64,000 bases of DNA, taken from Planctomycetota bacterium (GTDB lineage: Bacteria; Planctomycetota; JAJSAM01; JAJVHW01). The number at the start of each line of letters is the position of its first letter. The stretch's first letter is position 1. The stretch lies in assembly GCA_965248445.1 (NCBI GenBank), contig CBDFJG010000001.1, positions 192,001 through 256,000 on the forward strand, read 5' to 3'. Made by a program: the position numbers and the translations under genes. This document shows, piece after piece, positions 1 to 8,913 of this stretch. The notes beneath the pieces were generated by a model. That model saw nothing but the letters and a program-made list of their open reading frames with translations, ran no database searches and had not been told where the DNA came from.

Positions 1-1461
1 CGGTGCACGCGTCGGCGTCGATCTGCACCTGCCCCTGGCGATCACGCGAATCGCACCGAACTTGCACGCCAGCATGCAGTCGGGGACTTTGCAGTTGTAG
101 CAAGACGAAGTGAGCAGCAGGTCGCCGTAGCGAATCCCCCGTTTGCCGATCCGCGGAATGCGATCGTCGTGCGCCTCGATGCAGCCCGTCACGCACATGT
201 TGCAGTGCGTGCACTTGCTCATGTCGATCACGAGCGCATCACCCGCCTTGATGACCTCGTGCTCGGTGCCGATCTCGGTCGCGCGCTCGCGCGCCTTCGC
301 GTCGTCGGGACTTGGGTTCTCCGTCTCGATCAACTGCCGCACCCGCGCGAGGACCGTGGCCTTTACCTCCGGGTGGGCTTCGAGGAGCGCCAGGAACGGC
401 TCGCGCGGGATGCGCACCAGATCCATGCGATCCACGGCCTCGACGGCCGAACCGCGCGGCGTGTCTCCGAGCAGCGCCAGCTCACCGAAGAACGAGTTCT
501 CGCAGAGCCACGCGACGATTTCCTCGTCGTCCCCGGTCGTGCGAATCACACGCGCGTGACCCGTGCGAACGAGGAAGAACGCGTCACAGGGCGCTCCCTG
601 CTCGACGACGGCCTCGCCCTTCTCCGCCACGATCAGCTCAGCGACGCGTCCGATCTCGCGCAGTACGCGGCGAGACAGTCCGCGGAACAGCGCTACCGAG
701 CCGAGGTGGTTCTCCAGAGCGCGCTCGCGATAGGCGTCGTCGATACGCGTCTTGAACGCGGTGCTCTTTCGATCGCCGTAGCACTTCATGAACACGTGCC
801 GCGGGAGTTGGAGCACGAGAGCCTCGCCCTCGGCGAGGACCGTTGCGTTGCGAGGCGCGTGCGACATGCAACTCATCTCGCCGAACCAGTTCCCCGAACT
901 CAGCGTGCCGAGGTAGTTGCGGTCGCCAGCCTCGGCCTTGTAGACGCCGACGGTCCCGTCGAGCAGGACGAAGAACTCCGAGGTGTACTCCCCCTCCCGG
1001 CAGATCTCAGCGCGCGACGAGAACGCGCGGAACTGCCCTTCCGCCGCGACGGCACGAACCATGCCCGGCGTCAGCCCGCCGAAGACGTCGAGCGCCGCGA
1101 GGTGGGCCTCCTGCGATCCCTCCGCGAACGTCGCGGGCTCCGGGGCACCTGCGGCCGCGGGTGGCACCGGCTGCCCCGACGGCTGCGGCAGGCCCGGCGG
1201 TTTCGGAGTGCCCGGCGGTTTGGGCGGACCGGGTGGCGTCGGCGCACCGGGTGAGCTCGGCGGCCCCGGCGGCACTGGGAGCTTCGGGGGTTTCGGCGCG
1301 CCGGACGGCGGCGGCGGTGCCGGGGGCGGCGGCGCGCCTGGAGGCTTCGGTGGACCGGGAGGCGTCGGTGGACCGGGAGGCTTCGGCGGACCGGGAGGCT
1401 TCGGAGGACCGGGGGGACCCGCGCTTGCGTCGTCGGGGCGATCGGCGTCGTCTGCGCCCAC
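1..1461 (-). CDS. Cyclic-nucleotide-binding (2x cNMP) / 4Fe-4S dicluster protein with Pro-rich N-terminus; runs off the window start
   Basis: Manual translation from GTG at 1461, 1 nt after the upstream stop: MGADDADRPDDASAGPPGPPKPPG... Two phosphate-binding cassettes (WFGEMSCMSHAPRNATVLA; FFGELALLGDTPRGSAVEA) are followed by CTHCNMCVTGC and CYNCKVPDCMLACKFGAI. Absent from the ORF track because no stop lies in the window. Probable 1-nt deletion near position 45. Confidence 0.9.
   Translation of the reverse strand, partial: MGADDADRPDDASAGPPGPPKPPGPPKPPGPPTPPGPPKPPGAPPPPAPPPPSGAPKPPKLPVPPGPPSSPGAPTPPGPPKPPGTPKPPGLPQPSGQPVPPAAAGAPEPATFAEGSQEAHLAALDVFGGLTPGMVRAVAAEGQFRAFSSRAEICREGEYTSEFFVLLDGTVGVYKAEAGDRNYLGTLSSGNWFGEMSCMSHAPRNATVLAEGEALVLQLPRHVFMKCYGDRKSTAFKTRIDDAYRERALENHLGSVALFRGLSRRVLREIGRVAELIVAEKGEAVVEQGAPCDAFFLVRTGHARVIRTTGDDEEIVAWLCENSFFGELALLGDTPRGSAVEAVDRMDLVRIPREPFLALLEAHPEVKATVLARVRQLIETENPSPDDAKARERATEIGTEHEVIKAGDALVIDMSKCTHCNMCVTGCIEAHDDRIPRIGKRGIRYGDLLLTSSCYNCKVPDCMLACKFGAIRVIARGRCRSTPTRAP
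1340..1420 (-). repeat. 18-nt tandem repeat encoding (GPPKPP)n in the Pro-rich N-terminus
   Basis: About 4 imperfect copies of ggtggaccgggaggcttc; the Pro-rich tract extends to about 1150. Confidence 0.8.
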
Positions 1462-1462
1462 G

Positions 1463-2521
1463 TCAGTACCAAATCACCTGGAACACGTGCACTGCGATGA
1501 CGCCGAAGAGCAGCAGCGAGAGCGGGATGTGAATCCACTTCCACACGACGAGCATGCGATCCAACCGGACGGCCGGTGCGGTCACCTCCCGCAGGCGGTC
1601 ACGGGACGCTGCCATGACCGCGAGATCGCGAATCAAGGAAGCAGACTCCGGATGGGCCGGAGCGACCTCATCGAGGACGACCGCATTGCGCCGCGCGATG
1701 GCCGCCTGCGAACGCGCCGTCTTGCGCAGCGGAGCCAGTGCTGTCCGCAGCGGTTCGTCGAGCGTGGCGAGGATGCCGGTCACGCACTGGTGATACGTCG
1801 CCCGCGCGACGCCCGCTTCCTCATACGGAATGCCGGGATCGGCGCGTGAGAGCGCCGGAGGCACGAAGCGGTAGGCCACCGCACCGAACACGCCGGAGAT
1901 CAGGATCAGCGACGAGAGTGTGACCAGCGCCCAGCCGACGTGGTGCCAGACCATCAGGTCCGCGTGCAGCCACACCCCAAGGCACGCGGTGACACCGACG
2001 CCCATGTGCGCCTCGAGCCATGCCTCGAGACGTCCCAACGGCTCGCGACGCACGAGCCGTACGACGCGCACCGTTCGGTCCTGCACGCGCAACGCGGAGA
2101 GCGTCGCCCGCTGGGCGCGATCCACACCGTGATGCACCAGCACCTTGTGGGCCGCCTCGAGGACGCGCTCGTCGCTGGCATAGGCACCGGCGAGGACCTT
2201 GCGATTGACGTCCTGCACGCCCGCCCACGCCGCATCGGTCTGCTCGGGTGTGCGCCGGCCCATGTCACGGACCACGCGCAGCTTGATGCACCACTTTCGC
2301 GCGCTGAAGAGCGCCGCGACGATGAACAGTGCGAGCAGGACGTTGCCCGACCAGAGAAACCAGGTTCGCTCGTCGCCGGGTGATCCGCGAGCCGGCAGAG
2401 CCACGAGAGCCCAGCCGGTGGCGAACGGGATCATCGTCAGTGCCAGCCAGAGCCAAGCGCGCGGTCGCCCGAGGAACCGCACACCGAAGCGGCGGCCGGA
2501 CAGAGTGATCGCGTCGCTCAC
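1463..2521 (-). CDS. Polytopic membrane protein with four His in/near TM helices (ferric-reductase/cytochrome-b-like)
   Basis: GTG at 2521 overlaps the cytochrome stop (GTGA); about 6 hydrophobic segments; WLEAHMGVG, WLHAD, WKWIHIPLS, AVHVFQVIWY. Confidence 0.7.
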   Translation of the reverse strand: MSDAITLSGRRFGVRFLGRPRAWLWLALTMIPFATGWALVALPARGSPGDERTWFLWSGNVLLALFIVAALFSARKWCIKLRVVRDMGRRTPEQTDAAWAGVQDVNRKVLAGAYASDERVLEAAHKVLVHHGVDRAQRATLSALRVQDRTVRVVRLVRREPLGRLEAWLEAHMGVGVTACLGVWLHADLMVWHHVGWALVTLSSLILISGVFGAVAYRFVPPALSRADPGIPYEEAGVARATYHQCVTGILATLDEPLRTALAPLRKTARSQAAIARRNAVVLDEVAPAHPESASLIRDLAVMAASRDRLREVTAPAVRLDRMLVVWKWIHIPLSLLLFGVIAVHVFQVIWY

Positions 2522-4677
2522 TCCCCGAGGTTCCTCAGGTAGCCGCGTGGCTCGCGCCGGTGGCACGTCATGCACGTCCGACCCTGGCCGCCCGGGTCTC
2601 CCTCCGGCTTGTCGATGCGCGGGTCGTTGAACCATGCGTCGGCGAACTGCGGATCGTCGTGGATGCTGCTCGTGACCTTCGCGCGCGTGATCCTTTCCTG
2701 GTACGCCGACCCCTCCTGGTACGACGACCCCTGCTGGTACGACGACCCCGAGGCGGACGAGGACCGCTCGTGACACGCAGCGCACGCGCCCGTGCGGTCG
2801 TGCCACTGCGTTCCCGGCAAGAGGTCGATGTGGACGCGGGTGCGCGGCTGATGCGCCGGAGCCGCGTCCCCGACCGGCCACGCACCGCCGTGGCAATGGG
2901 CACAGCGCGTCGCCTCCTCGCGCGACGCCGCGACGCCGGTGCGCCCGAACTTCTGCGTGTCGGCCGGATCGTGCCCGTGGCAACGCGTGCAGTCCGCAAC
3001 GTCCGCCGGGACGTGGTATCCGGTGTCACCGCCGGGCTCGTGGCAGGTGGTGCAGGGGATGCCGTCCGGCGCGCCGATGTACGTCTTGGCCGAGGCGTGC
3101 GATCGGTGGTCGAACTGTGGGACGACGGCCGAAACCCGCCGCACGCCGAGTTCCCCGGGCAGCGCTCCCGCGTGGCAGTCGAGGCATCCACGCGGATCGA
3201 TGCCGGCCCGAGCTGGGCCGACACGTTCCACGTGGGTGTCGAAGCGGGAGAGATCCTCGCTCCACGATGTCGTGGCTGCCGTCGCGTGGCAACCGAGGCA
3301 CTCCGCTGAGGTCGGGAGATCGCTGACGTGCGGTGCGTGGTCGAACGTGCGCCCGGTAAGGCGCGACGGCACGGTCTCGTTGTCCGCGACGTGACAGTCG
3401 CTGCACGTCTTCCCGTCCGGCTGGGAGTCGTCGACGAGCACCGCACCGTTCGTCGTCACTCCGGGATGCGCATGCACGCCGAACGCGACGGCTTCGACGT
3501 CGTCCCGTTCGACCCGGGCGGTCGCGACGGCGAGGGCGCCGTCCGCCTCGAGATCTCCCGAGTGGCACTTGAAGCAGGCCCACGCGCCGACTCCGTGATT
3601 CGCCACACTCCATGTAGCGTGACACGGCGCGCAGGCGCGGTACTCGATCAGCTCTGCGCGGCCCACCGGCTCGGTCGAATTGCTGCCCGAACCTCTGCCG
3701 GAACCGCTGCGCAGGGGGAAGAGCGAGGCAGCCGCCGCATCCGTCTCCGGGAAGTGGCAAGTCCGGCATCCCGCTGTCACGGCGCCGCTCGTCTCCACGG
3801 TCCCGGCCGGCACAAGATGCGCACTGTGGGGAAAGCGGTCGAACGCGACGTATGGCAACTTGCTCGTCCGGGCGGGCGTCGCCACGCCCGCTAGCGCCGT
3901 ACCCGCCGCGTCGGCAACGTGGCAGGCGGAGCAGCGATCGCGGGTGTCGGTCGCGGGGTCGTAGTCCCAGATGGTCTGACTTGCGCGGATGCCCGCATGG
4001 CAGTCGTCGCACTCCGCCGCCGCGCCGCCGTGATCAGCGTGAAGGAACGGGCGCACGCCCGCGGCCGTCGAGCGCGCTGCCCGGTAGCGCTGTGGGAGGA
4101 TCGACGTCGCGCCCTGGTGGCACGCGGCGCAGCGGCGGCCGTCTCCCGTGACGCCGTCCTGCGTGACCAGCCCCCCGGCGGGTTCATGCTCCGCGTGGCA
4201 GTCCGCGCACGTTCGCGTCCCCAACGCACCCCCCGGCGAGCCGCCGTGACCGCGCGGCCCGAGCCCGCCCGCGGGCACCGAGAACTCGACCCAGTCGTAC
4301 TCGACCTTCATCCGGTGGCAGTCGAAGCAGGTGATCGACTCGTCGCGCAGGTGGGATGCGTGCGGGAATGGCGTGCGCGGACCGTGCGGTGCTGCTCGCT
4401 CGACGACCAGGTGCGCGTCGTCCTGATGGCACTGCGCACACCCACTCAGGTGCGTCTCCTCGCCCCCCGTGTAGTCGTGACACACGCGGCACTCGGAGTC
4501 GTCCGGATCGCCGCGGTCGGCCGCGAACGCTAGCCCGCGGTCGACCGTGGCCGCCGACAGGTGCGGAGCGTGCGGGAAGCTGTACGGGCCCTCCGCGCGC
4601 AGCGTGATCACCGGCACCGTGACCACGACCGCCGCCGCTACGAGAAGAGCGCCGGTAACCGTGATGCGAAGCTTCAT
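2518..4677 (-). CDS. Exported multiheme cytochrome c (18 CxxCH), cytochrome c3/c7-like repeats
   Basis: ATG at 4677 overlaps the upstream stop (ATGA); N-terminal signal/anchor MKLRITVTGALLVAAAVVV; 18 CxxCH counted; recurring FxHxxH distal-ligand motifs (FPHAPH, FPHASH, FLHADH, FPHSAH, FDHAPH, FDHRSH). Confidence 0.93.
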   Translation of the reverse strand: MKLRITVTGALLVAAAVVVTVPVITLRAEGPYSFPHAPHLSAATVDRGLAFAADRGDPDDSECRVCHDYTGGEETHLSGCAQCHQDDAHLVVERAAPHGPRTPFPHASHLRDESITCFDCHRMKVEYDWVEFSVPAGGLGPRGHGGSPGGALGTRTCADCHAEHEPAGGLVTQDGVTGDGRRCAACHQGATSILPQRYRAARSTAAGVRPFLHADHGGAAAECDDCHAGIRASQTIWDYDPATDTRDRCSACHVADAAGTALAGVATPARTSKLPYVAFDRFPHSAHLVPAGTVETSGAVTAGCRTCHFPETDAAAASLFPLRSGSGRGSGSNSTEPVGRAELIEYRACAPCHATWSVANHGVGAWACFKCHSGDLEADGALAVATARVERDDVEAVAFGVHAHPGVTTNGAVLVDDSQPDGKTCSDCHVADNETVPSRLTGRTFDHAPHVSDLPTSAECLGCHATAATTSWSEDLSRFDTHVERVGPARAGIDPRGCLDCHAGALPGELGVRRVSAVVPQFDHRSHASAKTYIGAPDGIPCTTCHEPGGDTGYHVPADVADCTRCHGHDPADTQKFGRTGVAASREEATRCAHCHGGAWPVGDAAPAHQPRTRVHIDLLPGTQWHDRTGACAACHERSSSASGSSYQQGSSYQEGSAYQERITRAKVTSSIHDDPQFADAWFNDPRIDKPEGDPGGQGRTCMTCHRREPRGYLRNLGE

Positions 4678-5684
4678 CGCGTGACGAGGTACACCACGGC
4701 CGCGATCGCTACCGTCAGCAGAATCAGGACGATGCCGAGCACCCACTTGGACGAACCGACCGCGCGCGCGGACGGCGCGACGGCGGCGATGGCGTCCCGC
4801 TGGCGATGGAGTTCGCACCATTGCGCGGGCGTCAGGAGGCCCCGCTCGACGAGCAGGTCACCGACGTCGCGCTGCTCGTCGCGATGGGCCGCCAGCACCT
4901 CGTCACCCTGATGGACGGTCGCCCGGCCCTGCGCCACGACGTGGCGCACGAGCGCGCCCGCCAGGGGATCCTCCGTGCGGCCGCCGGAAGGTGGCCGCGT
5001 CACGAAGAGGCAGTCCACCGTCCCGAAAGTCACCGGCGTGTGAGGCGGCAGCGTCGTCCAGCCGGAGGTCCGGCTGCCCGCCACGAACGTACCGTTCGAC
5101 GAGTCGAGGTCACGGACCTCGAATCTGCCCTCGGCATACCGAATAGCCGCGTGGCGGCCGGAAATCGACGCGTGCGACACGGCGATCTGGCAGGTCTTTG
5201 CGTCGCGGCCGACGGTCATCTCCATCTCGGTGAGCGGGATGGATCTCCTGTCGTGCTCGGCGGCGATCACGAGGCGGGCCTCGGCCGCCTTGAACCGCGC
5301 GATGGCAACCAGCCCGGTGTGGCCCGCCGCGGGCCCGCCGAGGATTGTCTCTCCTGTCGAGCTGTGGAACTCGGATGCCACGCCATCTGCGGCGTGTGCA
5401 ACGACCTCGACGACCGTTCGCCCGAGCGACAGTTTGTTGCCGCGCGCGAATGCCACGGGATGGCCGGGGCGCAGGCGCTCAGAACCGTCGAGCACGGTCC
5501 CGTTCGTCGAGTCGAGGTCCTCGGCTTCGAGCCCTCGCCCGCGGGGGCGGATCGCGAGGTGCCGTGAGGAGAGCTCCTCGTCGTCGATGGCGACGTCCGC
5601 ACCACGCGAGCGCCCGATCACGACCTCTTGATCGATCTCGCGCTCGTCGCGAACAACCCCCTCAACCGAGATCCGGATGCGCAT
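4674..5684 (-). CDS. Tandem FHA-domain protein with MshEN-like segment and C-terminal TM anchor
   Basis: MRIRISVEG start; two FHA motifs (GR..SSRH..DLDSTNGT; GR..SGRH..DLDSSNGT); RDVGDLLVERGLLTPAQW; C-terminal WVLGIVLILLTVAIAAVVYLV. Confidence 0.85.
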   Translation of the reverse strand: MRIRISVEGVVRDEREIDQEVVIGRSRGADVAIDDEELSSRHLAIRPRGRGLEAEDLDSTNGTVLDGSERLRPGHPVAFARGNKLSLGRTVVEVVAHAADGVASEFHSSTGETILGGPAAGHTGLVAIARFKAAEARLVIAAEHDRRSIPLTEMEMTVGRDAKTCQIAVSHASISGRHAAIRYAEGRFEVRDLDSSNGTFVAGSRTSGWTTLPPHTPVTFGTVDCLFVTRPPSGGRTEDPLAGALVRHVVAQGRATVHQGDEVLAAHRDEQRDVGDLLVERGLLTPAQWCELHRQRDAIAAVAPSARAVGSSKWVLGIVLILLTVAIAAVVYLVTR

Positions 5685-5832
5685 CTCTCGGGTCTCGACC
5701 TCCCGTGGCGAGCGCCCCAGGCTGTGCGTGTCGGCAGCGGCTCGTGTCGCCGGTCGGACTTTCTCGGTTCGGCGAGACGCGGCGTGCGCCGAAATGCGCT
5801 CGGGCGACGCTCCCCCATCGTATCCTGCGCTC

Positions 5833-7758
5833 GTGGCGAAGGCGAGACTGACGATCACAGGCGATCAGGCCGAAGCTCGTAACATCGAGTTCGACGGTGA
5901 GGTCGTGATCGGCCGCTCCCCGCGAGCCAACATCCAAATACTCGGAGACCTCGTCTCGAGACAGCATGCCCGGTTCGCGTTCCGCGAGGGCAAGTGGCGG
6001 TTCGAGGATCTCGGCAGCCGGAACGGATCGCTCGTCAACGGGGAGAGCGCGACCGAAGCGATCCTCCGCACCGGCGACGTGGTCATGATCGGCTACGGAC
6101 GCATCGAGTTCGAAGCGCTCGGCGATCCCGGCACCACGTCGATCTCCGTCGACCTCGTGGACGCCGAGGCCTCCCTCGACAGAGCGCTCGTGGCTGAGGA
6201 GGACGACGGGTCGACGAACGCGACCGTCGCACTGTCGTACCAGAACCTCGTCGCCATCAACGAGCGGCTGTCGACGATCGCCCGCATCAGTAGCAACCTG
6301 GCAACCGTTCTCGACCGCCAGGCCCTCCTCGGGCAAGTGCTCGACACGCTCTTCGACCTGTTCGAGCAGCTCGACCGAAGCGCCGTCGTGGTGCGCGACG
6401 ATCTCGGCTCCTTCCGGGTGGACGCAACCCGGCAACGCAGCTCGGCCGACGATTCGGTGATGCGGATCTCGACGTCGCTGATCCAGTTCGTGCAGCGCGA
6501 AGGCAAGGCGGTTCTTTCAGAGGATACGGCGCACGACGACCGGTTCTCCGGCAAGGACAGCATCGTCGCTGCGGGCGGCCGCTCGATCATGTGCGCCCCG
6601 CTCCTCGCAAAGGATGAGTTCCTCGGTGTCATCTACCTCGACACGGCGTCGCTCAGCCAGCCGTTCGCGTTCCAGGACCTGAACCTGCTGCAAGGGATCG
6701 CCGGCCCGATGGCGATCTTCCTCAAGAACGCGGAGCTGATCTCCCAGATCGAGGACGAAACCCGCATTCGGACGAGCCTCTCCCGCTACCTCTCGCCCGA
6801 CGTCGTCTCACAGACCGGCGACGGAACCCTCGACGCGAACCTCGGCGGAGAGATGGTCACAGGAACCGTGATGTTCAGTGACATCGTCGGGTTCACGGCG
6901 ATGGCGGAACGGCTGCCGCCGGTCGAGGTCGTGGACCGCCTGAACCGGTACTTCACGTCGATGCTGCACGCGATCTTCGGCTGGGAGGGAACCGTCGACA
7001 AGTTCGGTGGCGACGCGATCCTCGCGGTGTGGGGAGCACCGCTCGCCAACGCCGATCACGCACGCATGGCGACCGCGGCAGCACTCGACATGCAGGCGCG
7101 CCTGTTCGATCTGAACCTCGCATTGCACGAAGCCGGTGAGCCCAGCATCCGCATGGCGCTCGGCCTGAACTCGGGCAAGTTCGTCGCCGGGAACATCGGG
7201 GGCGAGGACCGCATCGAGTGGACGATCATCGGTGACGCGGTCAACACGGCGCAGCGCGTCGAGGCGCAGGGATTCCCGGGCGGAGTTCTGGTCGAGGGGT
7301 CAACGTGGGACGGACTCGGCGACGACGCCGGCGCATACGCGTTCCCTGCGGTACGCGTGAAGAACCGCGACACACCCGTTCACGTGTTCAGCGTGCGCAC
7401 CCTCCGCGGCCCGCACGGTGTGACCGCAGCCATCCCCGTCATCGTCACCTGGGGCGACGAGGCCGGCGACGGCATGCTCAACGGCGCAGTCCTCGACGAT
7501 CGCGACATCGCCGGACTCCGCATCCACATGGGTGCCGAGCCGGCACTGGGGCCGATCACGGTCTCCGCGATCCTCCCCGAGGTACCCGAGGGGTTGTCGA
7601 TGGACGGCACCGTGACGCACGTCGATCCGCTACCCGGTTCGGAGACCGGGCGAATCGTCACGGTCGAGGTCGAGGAGATGGACGAGGAACTGGGCTGGCT
7701 GCTCAACGCAGAGGGCGCGCGCAACTCGAGCCGCACGCTCGGGGAGATCGGACGATGA
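5833..7758 (+). CDS. FHA-GAF-class III adenylate cyclase
   Basis: FHA (IGRSPRA..VSRQHA..DLGSRNGS), GAF (SIMCAPL..GVIYLD), cyclase motifs MFSDIVGFT, VDKFGGDA, WTIIGDAVNTAQRVE (Lys/Thr pair consistent with ATP substrate); start chosen at GTG 5833. Confidence 0.92.
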   Translation: MAKARLTITGDQAEARNIEFDGEVVIGRSPRANIQILGDLVSRQHARFAFREGKWRFEDLGSRNGSLVNGESATEAILRTGDVVMIGYGRIEFEALGDPGTTSISVDLVDAEASLDRALVAEEDDGSTNATVALSYQNLVAINERLSTIARISSNLATVLDRQALLGQVLDTLFDLFEQLDRSAVVVRDDLGSFRVDATRQRSSADDSVMRISTSLIQFVQREGKAVLSEDTAHDDRFSGKDSIVAAGGRSIMCAPLLAKDEFLGVIYLDTASLSQPFAFQDLNLLQGIAGPMAIFLKNAELISQIEDETRIRTSLSRYLSPDVVSQTGDGTLDANLGGEMVTGTVMFSDIVGFTAMAERLPPVEVVDRLNRYFTSMLHAIFGWEGTVDKFGGDAILAVWGAPLANADHARMATAAALDMQARLFDLNLALHEAGEPSIRMALGLNSGKFVAGNIGGEDRIEWTIIGDAVNTAQRVEAQGFPGGVLVEGSTWDGLGDDAGAYAFPAVRVKNRDTPVHVFSVRTLRGPHGVTAAIPVIVTWGDEAGDGMLNGAVLDDRDIAGLRIHMGAEPALGPITVSAILPEVPEGLSMDGTVTHVDPLPGSETGRIVTVEVEEMDEELGWLLNAEGARNSSRTLGEIGR

Positions 7759-7795
7759 CCGCGGCGACCCGATCGTCGTGGCGCCGGACGGGCTG

Positions 7796-8554
7796 ATGCG
7801 GATCCGCGTCCTCGGCTGCAGCGGGGGCAGCGCCAAGGGCGCAGAGCCATCGTGCTATCTGTTCGAGCACGGGGTCTCCGTGGACGCCGGCGCGCTCGCC
7901 GCAACGCTCACACTCGAGGAACAGCGCGCGGTCACGGACGTCTTCGTGACGCACTCGCACTGGGATCACGTCCGCGACCTGCCGCTCACTACGATCAACC
8001 GGACGCCCGACACACCGACCCTGAACGTGCACGGACTGTCGCAGACGATCGAGGCACTTCGAACTCACCTCATGAACGACGTCATGTGGTTCCCCGCGTT
8101 CGACGTGCCGTCCGCCGACACGCCGTACGTGGCGCCGACCGTCATCGCACCTGGCGAGACCCGCGCCGTGAACCGGTACCGAGTGACCGCCGTGCCGATG
8201 CAGCACTCCGTGCCGGCGATCGGATACCTCCTCGATGACGGAACGGTCTCGGTGCTGATGTGTGCGGACACCGTCGGTGGCGGCGCCTGCCGCGACCTCC
8301 CCCGGGACGCGAGCCCCCTCGCCGCGGTCTTCATCGAGGCGTCCTTCCCGAACCGGATGCGCGCGTTCGCCGAGATGACCGGTCACCTCACACCCGAGAT
8401 GATGGCGGCCGAGTGCGCCCACCTGCCCGCCGACGTGAAGGTGTTCGCCACGCACATGAAGCCGGGGTTCGAGGCGGAGATCACGGCCGAGGTCGCCGCG
8501 CTGGACCGCCCCGGCGTGCGCCCAGCGGTGGGTGGTGAGGAACTGGTCTTCTGA
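7796..8554 (+). CDS. 3',5'-cyclic nucleotide phosphodiesterase, class II (metallo-beta-lactamase fold)
   Basis: MRIRVLGCSGG, VDAG, THSHWDHV, MQHSVPAIGY, CADT, IEASFPN, GHLTP, THMKP; directly downstream of the cyclase. Confidence 0.85.
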   Translation: MRIRVLGCSGGSAKGAEPSCYLFEHGVSVDAGALAATLTLEEQRAVTDVFVTHSHWDHVRDLPLTTINRTPDTPTLNVHGLSQTIEALRTHLMNDVMWFPAFDVPSADTPYVAPTVIAPGETRAVNRYRVTAVPMQHSVPAIGYLLDDGTVSVLMCADTVGGGACRDLPRDASPLAAVFIEASFPNRMRAFAEMTGHLTPEMMAAECAHLPADVKVFATHMKPGFEAEITAEVAALDRPGVRPAVGGEELVF

Positions 8555-8913
8555 GAGGTTGTCCGACGCCGCAGCTTCTGTCCGGCCCCGCTTGGGTCAG
8601 CCCGCATCGTTCACCGGGATCACGCGCCTGACGCGTCGCGGAGAGCGCGATCTCCGCGTTGGCTCGCCTCGCACGGCCCGTGCAGGGCCGATTTCGGCTC
8701 GCCGCCTTGATCTCGCGCTCGCCGCTCGGTCAGAGATGGGCGACGCCGCACCCCGACCCGGGCAAGCCGGGCAACCCTCACGCAGCTCCCGCATCTCTCG
8801 AGAAACCCGCGCGACCCTGGCGAACGAAGCGGGCTAAACTCCCGGACCCAGCGGATGGATGCGGCCCACAGCCGCACCGGCGACCCGCTCGGTGAGCGCA
8901 AGGGAGACGCACG

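Noticed and set aside
30..60. Frame break in the Fe-S domain (FGAIR, then DRQGQVQIDADACT in another frame)
   Set aside because: Adding one C restores FGAIRRDRQGQVQIDADACT; most likely a sequencing indel rather than programmed frameshifting.
983..1849. Gly-rich plus-strand ORF (GGPGGFGGPGG...) resembling planctomycete GGPGG repeats
   Set aside because: It is the antisense shadow of the Pro-rich N-terminus of the cNMP/Fe-S gene and overlaps two well-supported minus-strand genes.
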